Assembly (NCBI RefSeq): GCF_000021565.1 | Contig: NC_012440.1 | Span: 696,210-760,209, forward strand | DNA from: Persephonella marina EX-H1 | GTDB taxonomy: Bacteria > Aquificota > Aquificia > Aquificales > Hydrogenothermaceae | Direction of reading: 5' to 3' | DNA: 64,000 nucleotides | In this document: in pieces, positions 9,151 to 19,163 of the stretch | Numbering within the stretch: position 1 is the stretch's first letter | Layout of the letters: each line of letters opens with the position of its first letter | Position numbers and translations under genes: made by a program | Notes under the pieces: generated by a model | The model's database searches: none | What the model saw: the letters and a program-made list of their open reading frames with translations, nothing else | What the model was told of the DNA's origin: nothing

Positions 9151-11017
9151 AGTTCACCTCAGGTTCAATAACGTCGTCGTCACCTTTCTTTCCTTCAGAC
9201 TGCTGAGCTCCAGACTGGTAAAGTTTCTGAGCTATCTTGTTTGCAACGGATGTTACCTTATCTATAGCTGACTGTATCTTTCCTCTGTCATTTGAAGCTA
9301 TGGCATCTTTTCCTTCCTTGATCACACTTTCAGCCTCTTTTACATCCTCATCTGACAGTTTACCCTTGTTCTCATTGATGGTTTTCTCAAGACTGTAGAC
9401 GAGGGCATCAAGCTGGTTTCTCAGCTCAACGGTCTCCTGGAACTTTTTATCTTCCTCTTCATGTTTTTTAGCTTCCTCTATTATTCTGTTTATCTCATCT
9501 TCAGTTAATCCTGAAGACTGCTGAACAGTTATAGACTGTGATTTTCCTGTTGCTTTATCTGTTGCTGTAACATGCAGGATACCATCAGCATCTATATCAA
9601 AGCACACCTCAATCTGTGGAACTCCCCTTGGTGCAGGTGGTATGTCTGTCAGGAAGAACTTTCCAAGTGATTTATTCTCCTTGGCCATTTTTCTCTCACC
9701 CTGTAGAACATGTATCTCAACCTGTGTCTGGTTGTCAGCTGCTGTTGTGAATATCTCACATTTCTTTGTTGGTATAGGAGTGTTTCTTGGTATAAGAACA
9801 GTCATAACACCACCAAGTGTTTCTATACCGAGTGAGAGAGGTGTAACATCTATAAGAAGAACATCTTTAACCTCACCTGCCAGAACACCACCCTGTATAG
9901 CAGCACCTATAGCAACAACCTCATCAGGGTTAACACCTTTGTGAGGTTCTTTTCCGAAGAACTCTTTTATCTTCTGCTGTACAAGTGGTATTCTTGTTGA
10001 TCCACCAACGAGAACAACATCATCTATATCGGCTGGTGTGAGTTTCGCTTCCTCAAGGGCTCTTTTGACAATATCCATAGTTCTGTCAACAAGATCTTTT
10101 ATCATCTCTTCAAGTCTCGCCCTTGTCAGCTTTTTCTCAAGGTGTAAAGGCTGATTTGTGTTAGGATCTATTGTTATGAAAGGAAGGTTTATCTCCGTTT
10201 CCATCTTGAATGACAGCTCTTTCTTTGCCTGTTCTGCTGCTTCTTTTAATCTCTGGAATGCTGTCTTGTCCTGTTTAAGATCTATACCGTGATCCTTCTT
10301 AAACTCCTCTAAAAGCCAGTTTATTATTCTCGCATCTATATCAGAACCACCAAGATGTGTATCACCATCTGATACCTTAACTTCTATTACGCCATCTCCA
10401 CCTTCAAGAATTGATACATCAAAAGTACCACCACCAAAGTCGTAAACAAGTATCTTAACGTCGGATTTTTTGTCTAATCCATAAGCTAGAGCTGCCGCTG
10501 TTGGTTCGTTGATTATTCTCTTAACTTCAAGTCCAGCTATCTTACCTGCATCTTTTGTAGCCTGTCTCTGTCTCTCATTAAAGTATGCTGGAACTGTAAT
10601 AACAGCTTCTGTAACTTTCTCACCAAGGTAGTTCTCAGCTGCCTCTTTAAGTTTCTTTAATACCTGTGCTCCAACCTCTTCAGGTCTTACAATCTTTCCT
10701 GCATTTGGAACATCAAATGCAGCGTCTCCTTTATCGTCTGATACAACTTTATAAGGAACATGTTTTATCTCTTCCTGAACCTCGTCATACTTTCTTCCTA
10801 TAAATCTTTTTGATTCGTATATAGTATTTTCAGGATCAAGGACAGCTCTTCTTTTTGCAGGATCACCTACAAGTATCTCCCCTTCCTTTGTCCATGAGAC
10901 TATTGATGGTGTTGTTCTGAATCCTTCCTGGTTTGCTATTACAACAGGCTCTCCTCCCTGTATAACTGAAACAACTGAGTTAGTAGTTCCAAGGTCTATT
11001 CCTATTACCTTTCCCAT
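9149..11017 (-). CDS. dnaK: Chaperone DnaK (Hsp70)
   Basis: N-terminal [23 protein letters not shown], full Hsp70 length, and a C-terminal Lys/Glu-rich lid. No adjacent grpE or dnaJ. Confidence 0.95.
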   Translation of the reverse strand: MGKVIGIDLGTTNSVVSVIQGGEPVVIANQEGFRTTPSIVSWTKEGEILVGDPAKRRAVLDPENTIYESKRFIGRKYDEVQEEIKHVPYKVVSDDKGDAAFDVPNAGKIVRPEEVGAQVLKKLKEAAENYLGEKVTEAVITVPAYFNERQRQATKDAGKIAGLEVKRIINEPTAAALAYGLDKKSDVKILVYDFGGGTFDVSILEGGDGVIEVKVSDGDTHLGGSDIDARIINWLLEEFKKDHGIDLKQDKTAFQRLKEAAEQAKKELSFKMETEINLPFITIDPNTNQPLHLEKKLTRARLEEMIKDLVDRTMDIVKRALEEAKLTPADIDDVVLVGGSTRIPLVQQKIKEFFGKEPHKGVNPDEVVAIGAAIQGGVLAGEVKDVLLIDVTPLSLGIETLGGVMTVLIPRNTPIPTKKCEIFTTAADNQTQVEIHVLQGERKMAKENKSLGKFFLTDIPPAPRGVPQIEVCFDIDADGILHVTATDKATGKSQSITVQQSSGLTEDEINRIIEEAKKHEEEDKKFQETVELRNQLDALVYSLEKTINENKGKLSDEDVKEAESVIKEGKDAIASNDRGKIQSAIDKVTSVANKIAQKLYQSGAQQSEGKKGDDDVIEPEVN

Positions 11018-11159
11018 TAATCGGTACCTCCTTTTTTATTCTCTCATAAAAAATATAATATTTTAGTTAATCATTGTCAAGATTTTTTATATTATTACAC
11101 ATATATTTTTCAGTTTGATCTAAATGCCGAAAAGTTAAAAAAATACTCAGGGAGCTAAG

Positions 11160-11669
11160 ATGAGGATAGCTTACATAAATTTTTTAATAGAAGGTGATAA
11201 TTACAGGGCAGGAGTTCTTCTTACAGATGAAACTACAAAACCTGTAGAGTTCAGAATTACTACAAATCTTAATATTGATCAGCTCCAGGAGATACTCTAT
11301 GGGGAATCTCTTAAAGAGGTTCTATATAAAGAAAGATTTACAGTCCAGCTTTTAGATTCTCTTCAGGAAGATTACGATATAGTTCTTGTTAAGGAAAAAT
11401 CTCTCCTTTCTATAAGGAAGGAGATCAAGAAACCTGTTGTACATATCCAGAAGTACGAGTACTTCATGCCTTTGAACAGACAGAGTCATAAGATAATAAA
11501 TCTACAGGAGAAGTATGAACCTTTATACATAACTATATCCTCTCAGGATGAAAACAGACTCGTTTCTATATCACAACAGCTTAACGAGATATATAAAAAC
11601 TTTAACATTATGGAACCTTTTGACCGAATAGAAAAAGCGATAAAATACCTTTCAGAGAAGGGTCAGTGA
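11160..11669 (+). CDS. Hypothetical protein, translationally coupled to the SNF2 helicase
   Basis: 169 aa with no recognisable motif. Its stop overlaps the next ATG (GTGATGA). Confidence 0.5.
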   Translation: MRIAYINFLIEGDNYRAGVLLTDETTKPVEFRITTNLNIDQLQEILYGESLKEVLYKERFTVQLLDSLQEDYDIVLVKEKSLLSIRKEIKKPVVHIQKYEYFMPLNRQSHKIINLQEKYEPLYITISSQDENRLVSISQQLNEIYKNFNIMEPFDRIEKAIKYLSEKGQ

Positions 11670-13357
11670 TGATTGATATATCTGGAAATCTGGTTAAAGA
11701 TATTGAGGTGAATACAGTATCTCTCTTTAACGATTCTATATGTGGGGTTTCTGAGAATCTTGTAAAGCCGATCCCAACAGTTAAAAATATAGGAAAGATA
11801 TTTATTAAAAAAGATAAAGATATTAATAAAATATTAAATGGCGACTTTAAATCAGTTAAACTGACGAAGAGGGAGTATAAAAATCTATCCATCTTTGATC
11901 TTATAAAACCTGTTCTGATGCCATCCATAGATTTTGATATACCTCAGGATCTAACATTCCCACACAGACTTTTCAACTACCAGATACAGGGGATAAAGTT
12001 CCTTATAAGCAACAGATCAGCACTTCTTGCTGACCAGATGGGAACAGGAAAAACTGTTATGTCAACGACAGCTCTCAGAATCTTATTTATGAAGGGAGAT
12101 GTAAAGAAAGCTATCATAATAGTTCCGTCAAACCTTATCTCAGTATGGGAAGAACATCTGAATCTATGGGCTCCGGAGATACAGTTTGTAACTATAAGGG
12201 ATAGTAAAGAAGGCAGAAAAGTTCTGTGGAACATAGACTCCCATGTTTACCTTATAAGCTATGACAGCTTAAAAAACGATTACAAACATTATAAAGATTA
12301 TCTTGGAAAGTTCAGAATCACTCTGGATCTTGTAATAATAGATGAAGCCCACAATATAAAAAATCCTTCTGCTTTAAAAACAAAGGCCGTTAAGTTTATA
12401 TCAAGACTTTCCAGATATAAGTGGGCTTTAAGTGGAACACCTCTCCAGAACAACCTGAAAGAACTTCTCTCACTTTACGAGTTTCTCTTCCCTGATAAAC
12501 AGAGAAAGGAGAGTATATCTGAGGAGGAGGCAAGGGAGCTTATCAGACCTGTTATGCTCAGAAGACTTAAAAAGGATGTTCTTAAAGAGCTTCCTGAAAA
12601 ATTACCTCCAGAGATAGAGAAATTTGATCTATCACCTTCACAGCAATTAGAGTACGATTCGATTCTTGGAAGGGAGATAGAGAAAATAGAGGACATTATA
12701 GATAAATACAGAGATGAGAAGAACTTCAAATTTATACTTAAACAGAATATCATACACTCTATCCAGAAACTTAGACAGGTATGTAATTTCCCCTCTAAAG
12801 GTTTTGACAGTCCAAAGATGGCGAGACTGAGGGAGATAATAATAGAACTTATAAAAAATGATGAAAAGGTTATAGTTTTCACAAACTTTGTTAAATACGG
12901 GATAGAAAGGATAGTTAACAATCTTTCCTATTACATCAATCCAGATTATATAGTCCAGTACCACGGTGGGATGAGACCTGAGGAAAAGATAAAAGCTGTA
13001 AAGGATTTTAAGGAAAAGAAGAATAAGTATGTATTTATTGGTACTATTACTTCTGCGGGAGAAGGTCTGACATTAACAGAATCAAGTTATGCTATATTTT
13101 TTGATCTCCACTGGAATCCTGCAAAGATATGGCAGGCTGAGGACAGGATTCACAGAATAGGTCAGAAGAACAAGATTAATATATATAACTTTGTGATGAG
13201 AAATACAGTTGAGGAGAGGATACTCCAGAAGTTAGAGGAGAAAAGGGCTATGATACAGAATGTTATAGATGGAATAGAAAAACCTGTTGATGAGATGGTA
13301 ACAGTTGATGATCTTATGGAGTTTATTGGAATAAATCTGAAATCCGTTCCAGCTTAA
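11666..13357 (+). CDS. SNF2/Rad54-family helicase-like ATPase (short bacterial form)
   Basis: Walker A (DQMGTGKT), DEAH box (IIDEAHNIKN), the SNF2-specific LSGTPLQNN, helicase-C motifs (FTNF, GGEGLTLTESS) and a QAEDRIHRIGQ motif VI. The roughly 100-aa N-terminal extension is unknown. Confidence 0.85.
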   Translation: MMIDISGNLVKDIEVNTVSLFNDSICGVSENLVKPIPTVKNIGKIFIKKDKDINKILNGDFKSVKLTKREYKNLSIFDLIKPVLMPSIDFDIPQDLTFPHRLFNYQIQGIKFLISNRSALLADQMGTGKTVMSTTALRILFMKGDVKKAIIIVPSNLISVWEEHLNLWAPEIQFVTIRDSKEGRKVLWNIDSHVYLISYDSLKNDYKHYKDYLGKFRITLDLVIIDEAHNIKNPSALKTKAVKFISRLSRYKWALSGTPLQNNLKELLSLYEFLFPDKQRKESISEEEARELIRPVMLRRLKKDVLKELPEKLPPEIEKFDLSPSQQLEYDSILGREIEKIEDIIDKYRDEKNFKFILKQNIIHSIQKLRQVCNFPSKGFDSPKMARLREIIIELIKNDEKVIVFTNFVKYGIERIVNNLSYYINPDYIVQYHGGMRPEEKIKAVKDFKEKKNKYVFIGTITSAGEGLTLTESSYAIFFDLHWNPAKIWQAEDRIHRIGQKNKINIYNFVMRNTVEERILQKLEEKRAMIQNVIDGIEKPVDEMVTVDDLMEFIGINLKSVPA

Positions 13358-13367
13358 GGAGGGAGGT

Positions 13368-14756
13368 ATGCACAGACCTAAGGTAGAACCTAAAAATATA
13401 GAATCTGTATTTTTACCTGATGAGATGTTCTTTTCCACTACGGATCTTAAAGGTATAATTCTGTCAGGTAATGATGTTTTTATCAGAGTAAGTAAGTTCT
13501 CTAAGGAAGAACTTATAGGAAAACCCCACAACATTATCAGACATCCAGATATGCCCAGAATAGTCTTTAAGCTTCTGTGGGATTATATACAGTCTGGAAA
13601 GCCGATAGTTGCCTATGTAAAAAATATAGCAAAAGACGGCAGTTACTACTGGGTTCTTGCCACGGTTGTTCCTATCTTTGATAATGAGGGAAATATAGAA
13701 AAGTATCTTTCTATAAGGATAAAACCGACAACACAGTTTTTTGATCATATACCAAAGGTTTACGCTGAACTTCTCAATGCTGAAAAGTCCGGAGGTATGG
13801 AAGCATCATTAAAAAAACTTGAAGAGATAGTAAGATCTTTAGGTTATAAAAGCTATGACAGCTTTATGACAGACATTTTAAGCAAAGAGATAGAGGATAA
13901 AAAAGATGTTCTTAAGGTAGAAGATATTCCACCAGATATGATCTTTGAAAACAGTTTTACAGAGAATGTGGCAACAATATTCAGGTATGCGAAAAAGATT
14001 GATGAGCTGTATGACAGCATATACAGGAAGATCACTCATTTTGAGAACCTCGGAAAGCTTCTTGATGAAAAATCAGACAGAATATTCAGTCTTACAGATG
14101 ATATAAGACTTATATCACTGAACTCCTCAGTTGAGTCTTTCAAACTTGGAAGTCAGGGAGCATCCTTTTCTGTTCTCTCTGCTGAGATGAGGAAGAACTC
14201 AGAGGTAGGGAATAAAATAATAGACGAGATGAGAAAGATAACAGAGATAATTATGGAAGATATAGACAGGATAATCCTTCTGATAAACATATCAAAGCTT
14301 GAAGTTATAGCTATAACAAAATTTTTACACTCTATACTTGAGGAGGATGAAACCAGAGAAGATAATGATATAGAAGAGCTTGAGCAGAATATTATTGATC
14401 TTGTCAGATCATTAAAGATATCTTCAGAAAAAACATATTCTTACTCTGAAAAGATGGGACATCATCTATTGAACATCTCCGAGTATCTTAAAAAGCTGAA
14501 GATCCTTATAAAAAGGCTTGAGTTTCTTTACCTTAATGGTATGGTAGAATCAGCTCACCAGACAGAAACAAGCTTTTCTATAATATTTACAGAGGTAAAC
14601 AAACTCGTTGAGAGTACAAAAGATATACTTAACGATATATCAGTTCCCCTATCTGAGGTCAAAGATGAAAACAGAAATCTAAAGTACGAGCTTGAAGAGG
14701 TTGAGTATAATATTAATAAGATTACAGATACCATATCAAATATATCAAATGTTTAG
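13368..14756 (+). CDS. Soluble Aer-like PAS (FAD-type) chemoreceptor with a divergent MCP signalling domain
   Basis: The N-terminus (STTDLKGIILSGNDVFIRVSKFSKEELIGKPHNIIRHPDMP...YYWVLATVVP) closely parallels the E. coli Aer PAS domain. A central LISLNSSVESFKLGSQGASFSVLSAEMRK aligns with the MCP core ([27 protein letters not shown]). There is no TM segment. Confidence 0.65.
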   Translation: MHRPKVEPKNIESVFLPDEMFFSTTDLKGIILSGNDVFIRVSKFSKEELIGKPHNIIRHPDMPRIVFKLLWDYIQSGKPIVAYVKNIAKDGSYYWVLATVVPIFDNEGNIEKYLSIRIKPTTQFFDHIPKVYAELLNAEKSGGMEASLKKLEEIVRSLGYKSYDSFMTDILSKEIEDKKDVLKVEDIPPDMIFENSFTENVATIFRYAKKIDELYDSIYRKITHFENLGKLLDEKSDRIFSLTDDIRLISLNSSVESFKLGSQGASFSVLSAEMRKNSEVGNKIIDEMRKITEIIMEDIDRIILLINISKLEVIAITKFLHSILEEDETREDNDIEELEQNIIDLVRSLKISSEKTYSYSEKMGHHLLNISEYLKKLKILIKRLEFLYLNGMVESAHQTETSFSIIFTEVNKLVESTKDILNDISVPLSEVKDENRNLKYELEEVEYNINKITDTISNISNV

Positions 14757-14766
14757 GGGAGATTGG

Positions 14767-15090
14767 ATGAAAGTTGAGTATATAGTCGTTTTTATAACAG
14801 TTCCAGACAGTAAAACAGCAAATAATATAGCTAAAAAACTTGTTGAAGAAAAATTAGCAGCCTGTGTAAATATAGTCAAGGATATAAACTCCATTTACTA
14901 CTGGAAAGGTAATATAGAAAATGATGATGAGCTTCTTCTTATTGTAAAAACAAGGCTGGAGATCTTTGAGAAGCTCACTGATTTTGTTAAAAAGATACAT
15001 CCTTACACAGTTCCTGAGGTAATAGCACTTCCTATTATAGCCGGTTCAGATTCCTATCTTAAATGGATAGATGATACTCTTTACAGGTAA
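14767..15090 (+). CDS. cutA: Divalent-cation tolerance protein CutA
   Basis: 107 aa from the ATG at 14767. MKVEYIVVFITVPD...AACVNI...HPYTVPEVIALPI matches the CutA1 fold family. The track's 14692 start is probably too far upstream. Confidence 0.75.
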   Translation: MKVEYIVVFITVPDSKTANNIAKKLVEEKLAACVNIVKDINSIYYWKGNIENDDELLLIVKTRLEIFEKLTDFVKKIHPYTVPEVIALPIIAGSDSYLKWIDDTLYR

Positions 15091-15132
15091 GTATTTGCTA
15101 CACCTGATTTTATGCTGTAATATAATCCCATA

Positions 15133-15999
15133 ATGAGACTTATAAAAGAGCTTTTAACAGTTTTAGTATACCTCGTAGTTTTTACAATCGCTGTCGGGGG
15201 ATTTGATCTTTTACCAGAAATACTGAGTTTTTTAAAGGGGTTGGGCATGGCACCATCAATAATAGTTTTGGTAATACTGATAATCATATTTTTAGCGGCA
15301 GCAATAAGAATACTTCCTGAATACGAGAGAGGTGTTGTTTTCCGTCTTGGTAGGGTTATTGGTGCAAAAGGACCTGGACTTATAATCCTTATCCCTTTCA
15401 TAGATAAGATGGTGAGGGTTTCTCTAAGGGTTGTAACACTTGATGTTCCAACTCAGGATATTATAACGAAGGATAACGTTTCTGTTAAGGTTGATGCTGT
15501 TGTTTACTTCAGGGTTATAGACCCTGTTAAGGCTATAGTTAATGTTGAGGACTATGTTTATGCGATATCCCAGCTTTCACAGACAACACTTAGAAGCGTT
15601 TGTGGTCAGGCTGAGCTTGATGAGCTTCTATCACAGAGGGACAAACTGAACCTGAAGCTTCAGGAAATAATAGACAGGGAGACGGATATATGGGGTGTGA
15701 AGGTTGTTTCCGTTGAACTTAAGAGAATAGATCTTCCTGAAGAGCTTGTTAAGGCTATGGCAAGACAGGCTGAAGCTGAAAGGGAGAGAAGGGCTAAGAT
15801 AATAGGTGCAGAGGCTGAGTATCAGGCCGCTCAGAAACTTGTTGAGGCTGCAGAACTTCTATCAAAACAGCCTATAGCTATGCAGCTGAGATATCTTGAA
15901 ACACTAACAACAATAGGACAGAAAAACGCAAAAACTATAGTCTTCCCATTCCCAACAGAGATGCTTGAGTTTTTAGATAAATTCAAGAAAACCGACTAA
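15133..15999 (+). CDS. Stomatin-like SPFH/band-7 protein
   Basis: N-terminal membrane anchor, an SPFH core ([12 protein letters not shown]...[12 protein letters not shown]) and a C-terminal Ala/Glu coiled coil. No adjacent NfeD. Confidence 0.85.
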   Translation: MRLIKELLTVLVYLVVFTIAVGGFDLLPEILSFLKGLGMAPSIIVLVILIIIFLAAAIRILPEYERGVVFRLGRVIGAKGPGLIILIPFIDKMVRVSLRVVTLDVPTQDIITKDNVSVKVDAVVYFRVIDPVKAIVNVEDYVYAISQLSQTTLRSVCGQAELDELLSQRDKLNLKLQEIIDRETDIWGVKVVSVELKRIDLPEELVKAMARQAEAERERRAKIIGAEAEYQAAQKLVEAAELLSKQPIAMQLRYLETLTTIGQKNAKTIVFPFPTEMLEFLDKFKKTD

Positions 16000-16151
16000 A
16001 AACTGGATTTTAAAGATCCTCTCGCTTTTTTTGATCTTATAATCTGATCAGTTCTTCAATTGGTATTGCATAATTTTCTATCAGGTATTATATTTATAAC
16101 CAAACACTAAAGAAATTTTATAACACTAAGCTAATATTTAAGGAGGAAAGG

Positions 16152-19139
16152 ATGTTCAGTGAGAATCTACTGGATAAGAAATCAAGGGAGCTTATAGATC
16201 TATCAAAAAGTATCGCACAGAAGCAGGGGGATAAGCTTGTTGATACAGACCATCTGCTCCTTGCACTCATATCTAAGAAAGACTCCCCTTTAATTAAGAT
16301 ACTTGAAAAAAGAGGTATAGATACAGAGGATCTTGTAAATAAGATTGACAGTTATCTGAAGGATCTTTATTCACAGATAAACAGATCTGTTACAGAGTAT
16401 ATAAACTACATAAAAGATCTTCAGAGACAGCTTACAAAGGTTAGAAACGATCTTATAAATATACAGGAAGAGTTAAAAAGGGTTTCAGCTGAGAAAAGGG
16501 AGCTTGAGAATGAGTTGAGATACGAGGAAAGCTCCTTCTGGGGTGGTTTTGGAAGCTCTGTAAGGATTGAGTACGAAAGGCTGAAAAGGTATGAAGATCA
16601 GCTGAGAAGCCAGATAGACCAGATTAAAAGATCACTGCTACAGGTAATGGATGAGAAAACTGCAGAGGCTTTTATTTCAGGCAATATAACGCTCTCAGCT
16701 GTTTTATACAGAGTTATAGAGAACTCAGATCTGGTAAAACAGATTGATGATCTGGGATTTTCGCCTGACAGGGTTGTTGTAAAAATATCTCAGGAAGCTC
16801 TCGGAACTGAGACAGGTAAGATCTACAGTAATAAATTTATAAAAGTACTTGAAACCGCAGAGAAAAAGGCTTTATCCTCAGGTGAGACTCAGGTAAAGCC
16901 TTACCATATAGCATCTGCACTTATAGAAGATGAGACAACTATCGCAGGAAAAATATTAAAACAAATACTGTCAGGAGGAAAAGAGAAGATGAATGGAGAA
17001 AATATCCAGAAAGAGATGGCTGAAGAAGAAAAATCACCACTGGAAAAATTTACAGTGGATCTTACAGCTTTAGCAAGGGAGGGAAAGCTTGATCCGGTTA
17101 TAGGAAGAGAAAAAGAGATTCAGCAGGTTATAGAGGTTCTTCTAAGAAGAACAAAAAACAACCCTGTCCTCGTAGGTGAGGCTGGTGTTGGTAAGACAGC
17201 TATAGTTGAAGGTCTTGCCCAGAAGATAGTAAATAAAGAAGTTCCAGAGGAGCTTTATGACAAGAAGATACTTGCACTTGATATGGGAGCATTACTCGCT
17301 GGAACAAAGTATAGGGGTGAGTTTGAGGAAAGACTTAAAGGGATTATAGATGAGATAAAGAATGATGGAAATGTCATTCTCTTTATAGATGAGCTTCATA
17401 CAATCGTTGGAGCCGGTGCTGCTGAAGGAGCTACAGATGCAGGTAATCTTCTGAAGCCTTCACTTGCAAGAGGTGAGATAAGGGTTATTGGTGCCACAAC
17501 TATAGATGAGTACAGAAAACATATAGAAAAAGATCCTGCACTTGAGAGAAGATTCCAGCCTGTTTATGTGGAAGAGCCTGATGTTGAGACAACCATTGAG
17601 ATACTGAACGCTCTCAAGCCAAGACTTGAGAAACACCATGGGGTAAAGATAGATCCTTCAGCTATAGAAGCTGCTGCAAAGCTCACACACAGGTATGTTA
17701 CAGACAGAAAGCTTCCTGATAAAGCTATAGATGCACTGGATCAGGCATGTGCAAGGAAAAAGCTCAAGCTCGTTTACGCTCCACCTGAGGTGATAGAGAT
17801 AGAGAGAAAGATAAAGATGCTTGATGAACAGATAGTTCAGGCTTCTCTGGAAGGTGATTATGAGAAGGAAGCCCAGCTTAAGATAGAAAAAGCAAAGCTT
17901 GAGAAAGAGCTTAAAGAGGTTATGTCAAAATCGGACAGTGAGCATCTGAAACTTGATCAGCTTAAGAAACAGCTTGAGGAGCTTGAGAGAAGAATAATAG
18001 AGACAGCTGAAAAAGGAGACTACGAGAAAGAGACAGAGCTTAAGATAGAGAAGGCAAAACTTGAGAAACAGATAAAAGAGCTTGAGCTTAAGATAGCTGA
18101 GAAAACTGTTGTTTCTGAGGATGATGTTGCTGAGGTCATATCAGACTGGACAGGTATTCCAATATCAAGACTGAAAGAAGAGGAGATGCAGAGACTTTTA
18201 AGACTTGAGGAAGAACTGCATAAGAGGGTTGTTGATCAGGAGCATGTTATAAAAACTGTTGCAGAGGCTATAAGAAGAGCAAGGGCTGGACTTTCTGACC
18301 CAAGAAAACCTTTAGCATCATTTATGTTCCTTGGTCCAACAGGTGTAGGTAAAACAGAGACGGCAAAAGCACTTGCGGAGGTTCTTTTTGGAGATGAGGA
18401 TGCACTTATAAGACTTGATATGTCAGAGTTTAAAGAGGAACACTCTGTCGCCAAACTTATTGGAGCACCTCCAGGATATGTAGGTTATGAGGAAGGTGGT
18501 AAACTTACAGAGGCTGTAAGAAGAAAGCCTTACTCAGTCATACTCCTTGATGAGATAGAAAAGGCACATCCAAGGGTTTTTGATGTGTTCCTCCAGGTTC
18601 TTGATGATGGAAGACTTACAGACTCAAAAGGAAGAACTGTTAACTTCAGGAATACGATCATCATAATGACATCAAATATAGGAAGTCAGTACCTCACATT
18701 GATACCTTTTGATGCTCCAGATGATGTTGTGGAAAAGGAGTTTGAGTCAGCGAAACAGAAGGTTTTAGATGAGGTTAAAAATTACTTCAGACCTGAGTTC
18801 TTAAACAGGCTTGACGATATACTTGTATTCAAACCACTTCTGAAGAATGAGCTACTCCAGATCGTGGATATGATGCTAAAGCTCCTGAACGCAAGACTTA
18901 GAGACAGGGATATTCATCTTGAGGCTACAGATAAAGCGAGGGAGCTTATATCAAAACTTGGATACGATCCTGTTTACGGAGCAAGACCTCTCAGAAGGGC
19001 TATACAGAAGTATGTTGAAACACCACTTTCTGAAAAGATACTCTCAGGTGAGGTAAAACCTGGGGATACAGTTGTTCTTGATGAGGAGAACGGTCAGCTT
19101 GTTTTCAGAGTAAAACAGGAAGCAGAAGCCAGGTCATAA
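16152..19139 (+). CDS. clpB: ATP-dependent chaperone ClpB (atypically long, 995 aa)
   Basis: A split Clp_N domain, two AAA modules ([14 protein letters not shown] and [14 protein letters not shown]), a roughly 110-aa middle coiled coil with two [16 protein letters not shown] repeats, and the ClpB-type [13 protein letters not shown]...[11 protein letters not shown] segment. Confidence 0.85.
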   Translation: MFSENLLDKKSRELIDLSKSIAQKQGDKLVDTDHLLLALISKKDSPLIKILEKRGIDTEDLVNKIDSYLKDLYSQINRSVTEYINYIKDLQRQLTKVRNDLINIQEELKRVSAEKRELENELRYEESSFWGGFGSSVRIEYERLKRYEDQLRSQIDQIKRSLLQVMDEKTAEAFISGNITLSAVLYRVIENSDLVKQIDDLGFSPDRVVVKISQEALGTETGKIYSNKFIKVLETAEKKALSSGETQVKPYHIASALIEDETTIAGKILKQILSGGKEKMNGENIQKEMAEEEKSPLEKFTVDLTALAREGKLDPVIGREKEIQQVIEVLLRRTKNNPVLVGEAGVGKTAIVEGLAQKIVNKEVPEELYDKKILALDMGALLAGTKYRGEFEERLKGIIDEIKNDGNVILFIDELHTIVGAGAAEGATDAGNLLKPSLARGEIRVIGATTIDEYRKHIEKDPALERRFQPVYVEEPDVETTIEILNALKPRLEKHHGVKIDPSAIEAAAKLTHRYVTDRKLPDKAIDALDQACARKKLKLVYAPPEVIEIERKIKMLDEQIVQASLEGDYEKEAQLKIEKAKLEKELKEVMSKSDSEHLKLDQLKKQLEELERRIIETAEKGDYEKETELKIEKAKLEKQIKELELKIAEKTVVSEDDVAEVISDWTGIPISRLKEEEMQRLLRLEEELHKRVVDQEHVIKTVAEAIRRARAGLSDPRKPLASFMFLGPTGVGKTETAKALAEVLFGDEDALIRLDMSEFKEEHSVAKLIGAPPGYVGYEEGGKLTEAVRRKPYSVILLDEIEKAHPRVFDVFLQVLDDGRLTDSKGRTVNFRNTIIIMTSNIGSQYLTLIPFDAPDDVVEKEFESAKQKVLDEVKNYFRPEFLNRLDDILVFKPLLKNELLQIVDMMLKLLNARLRDRDIHLEATDKARELISKLGYDPVYGARPLRRAIQKYVETPLSEKILSGEVKPGDTVVLDEENGQLVFRVKQEAEARS

Positions 19140-19163
19140 AAAGGGGGCTTTAAGCCCCTTTTA
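19139..19163. terminator. Bidirectional terminator AAAAGGGGCT-tta-AGCCCCTTTT
   Basis: Hairpin flanked by an A-run and a T-run, placed between the convergent clpB and mutS stop codons. Confidence 0.6.

Noticed and set aside
11018-11159. CIRCE/HrcA operator upstream of dnaK, and likewise upstream of clpB at 16000-16151.
   Set aside because: There is no TTAGCACTC-N9-GAGTGCTAA-like inverted repeat in either region.
15081-15401. Minus-strand ORF upstream of, or overlapping, the stomatin gene as a possible NfeD partner.
   Set aside because: It is a shadow frame that wholly overlaps the stomatin 5' region. It has no serine-protease or OB-fold motifs, so the stomatin here has no adjacent NfeD.
16000-16060. 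Inverted repeat AAGATC...GATCTT after the stomatin gene as a terminator.
   Set aside because: The T-run lies inside a 14-nt loop rather than after the stem. The stem is short and AT-containing, so it is not a convincing intrinsic terminator.
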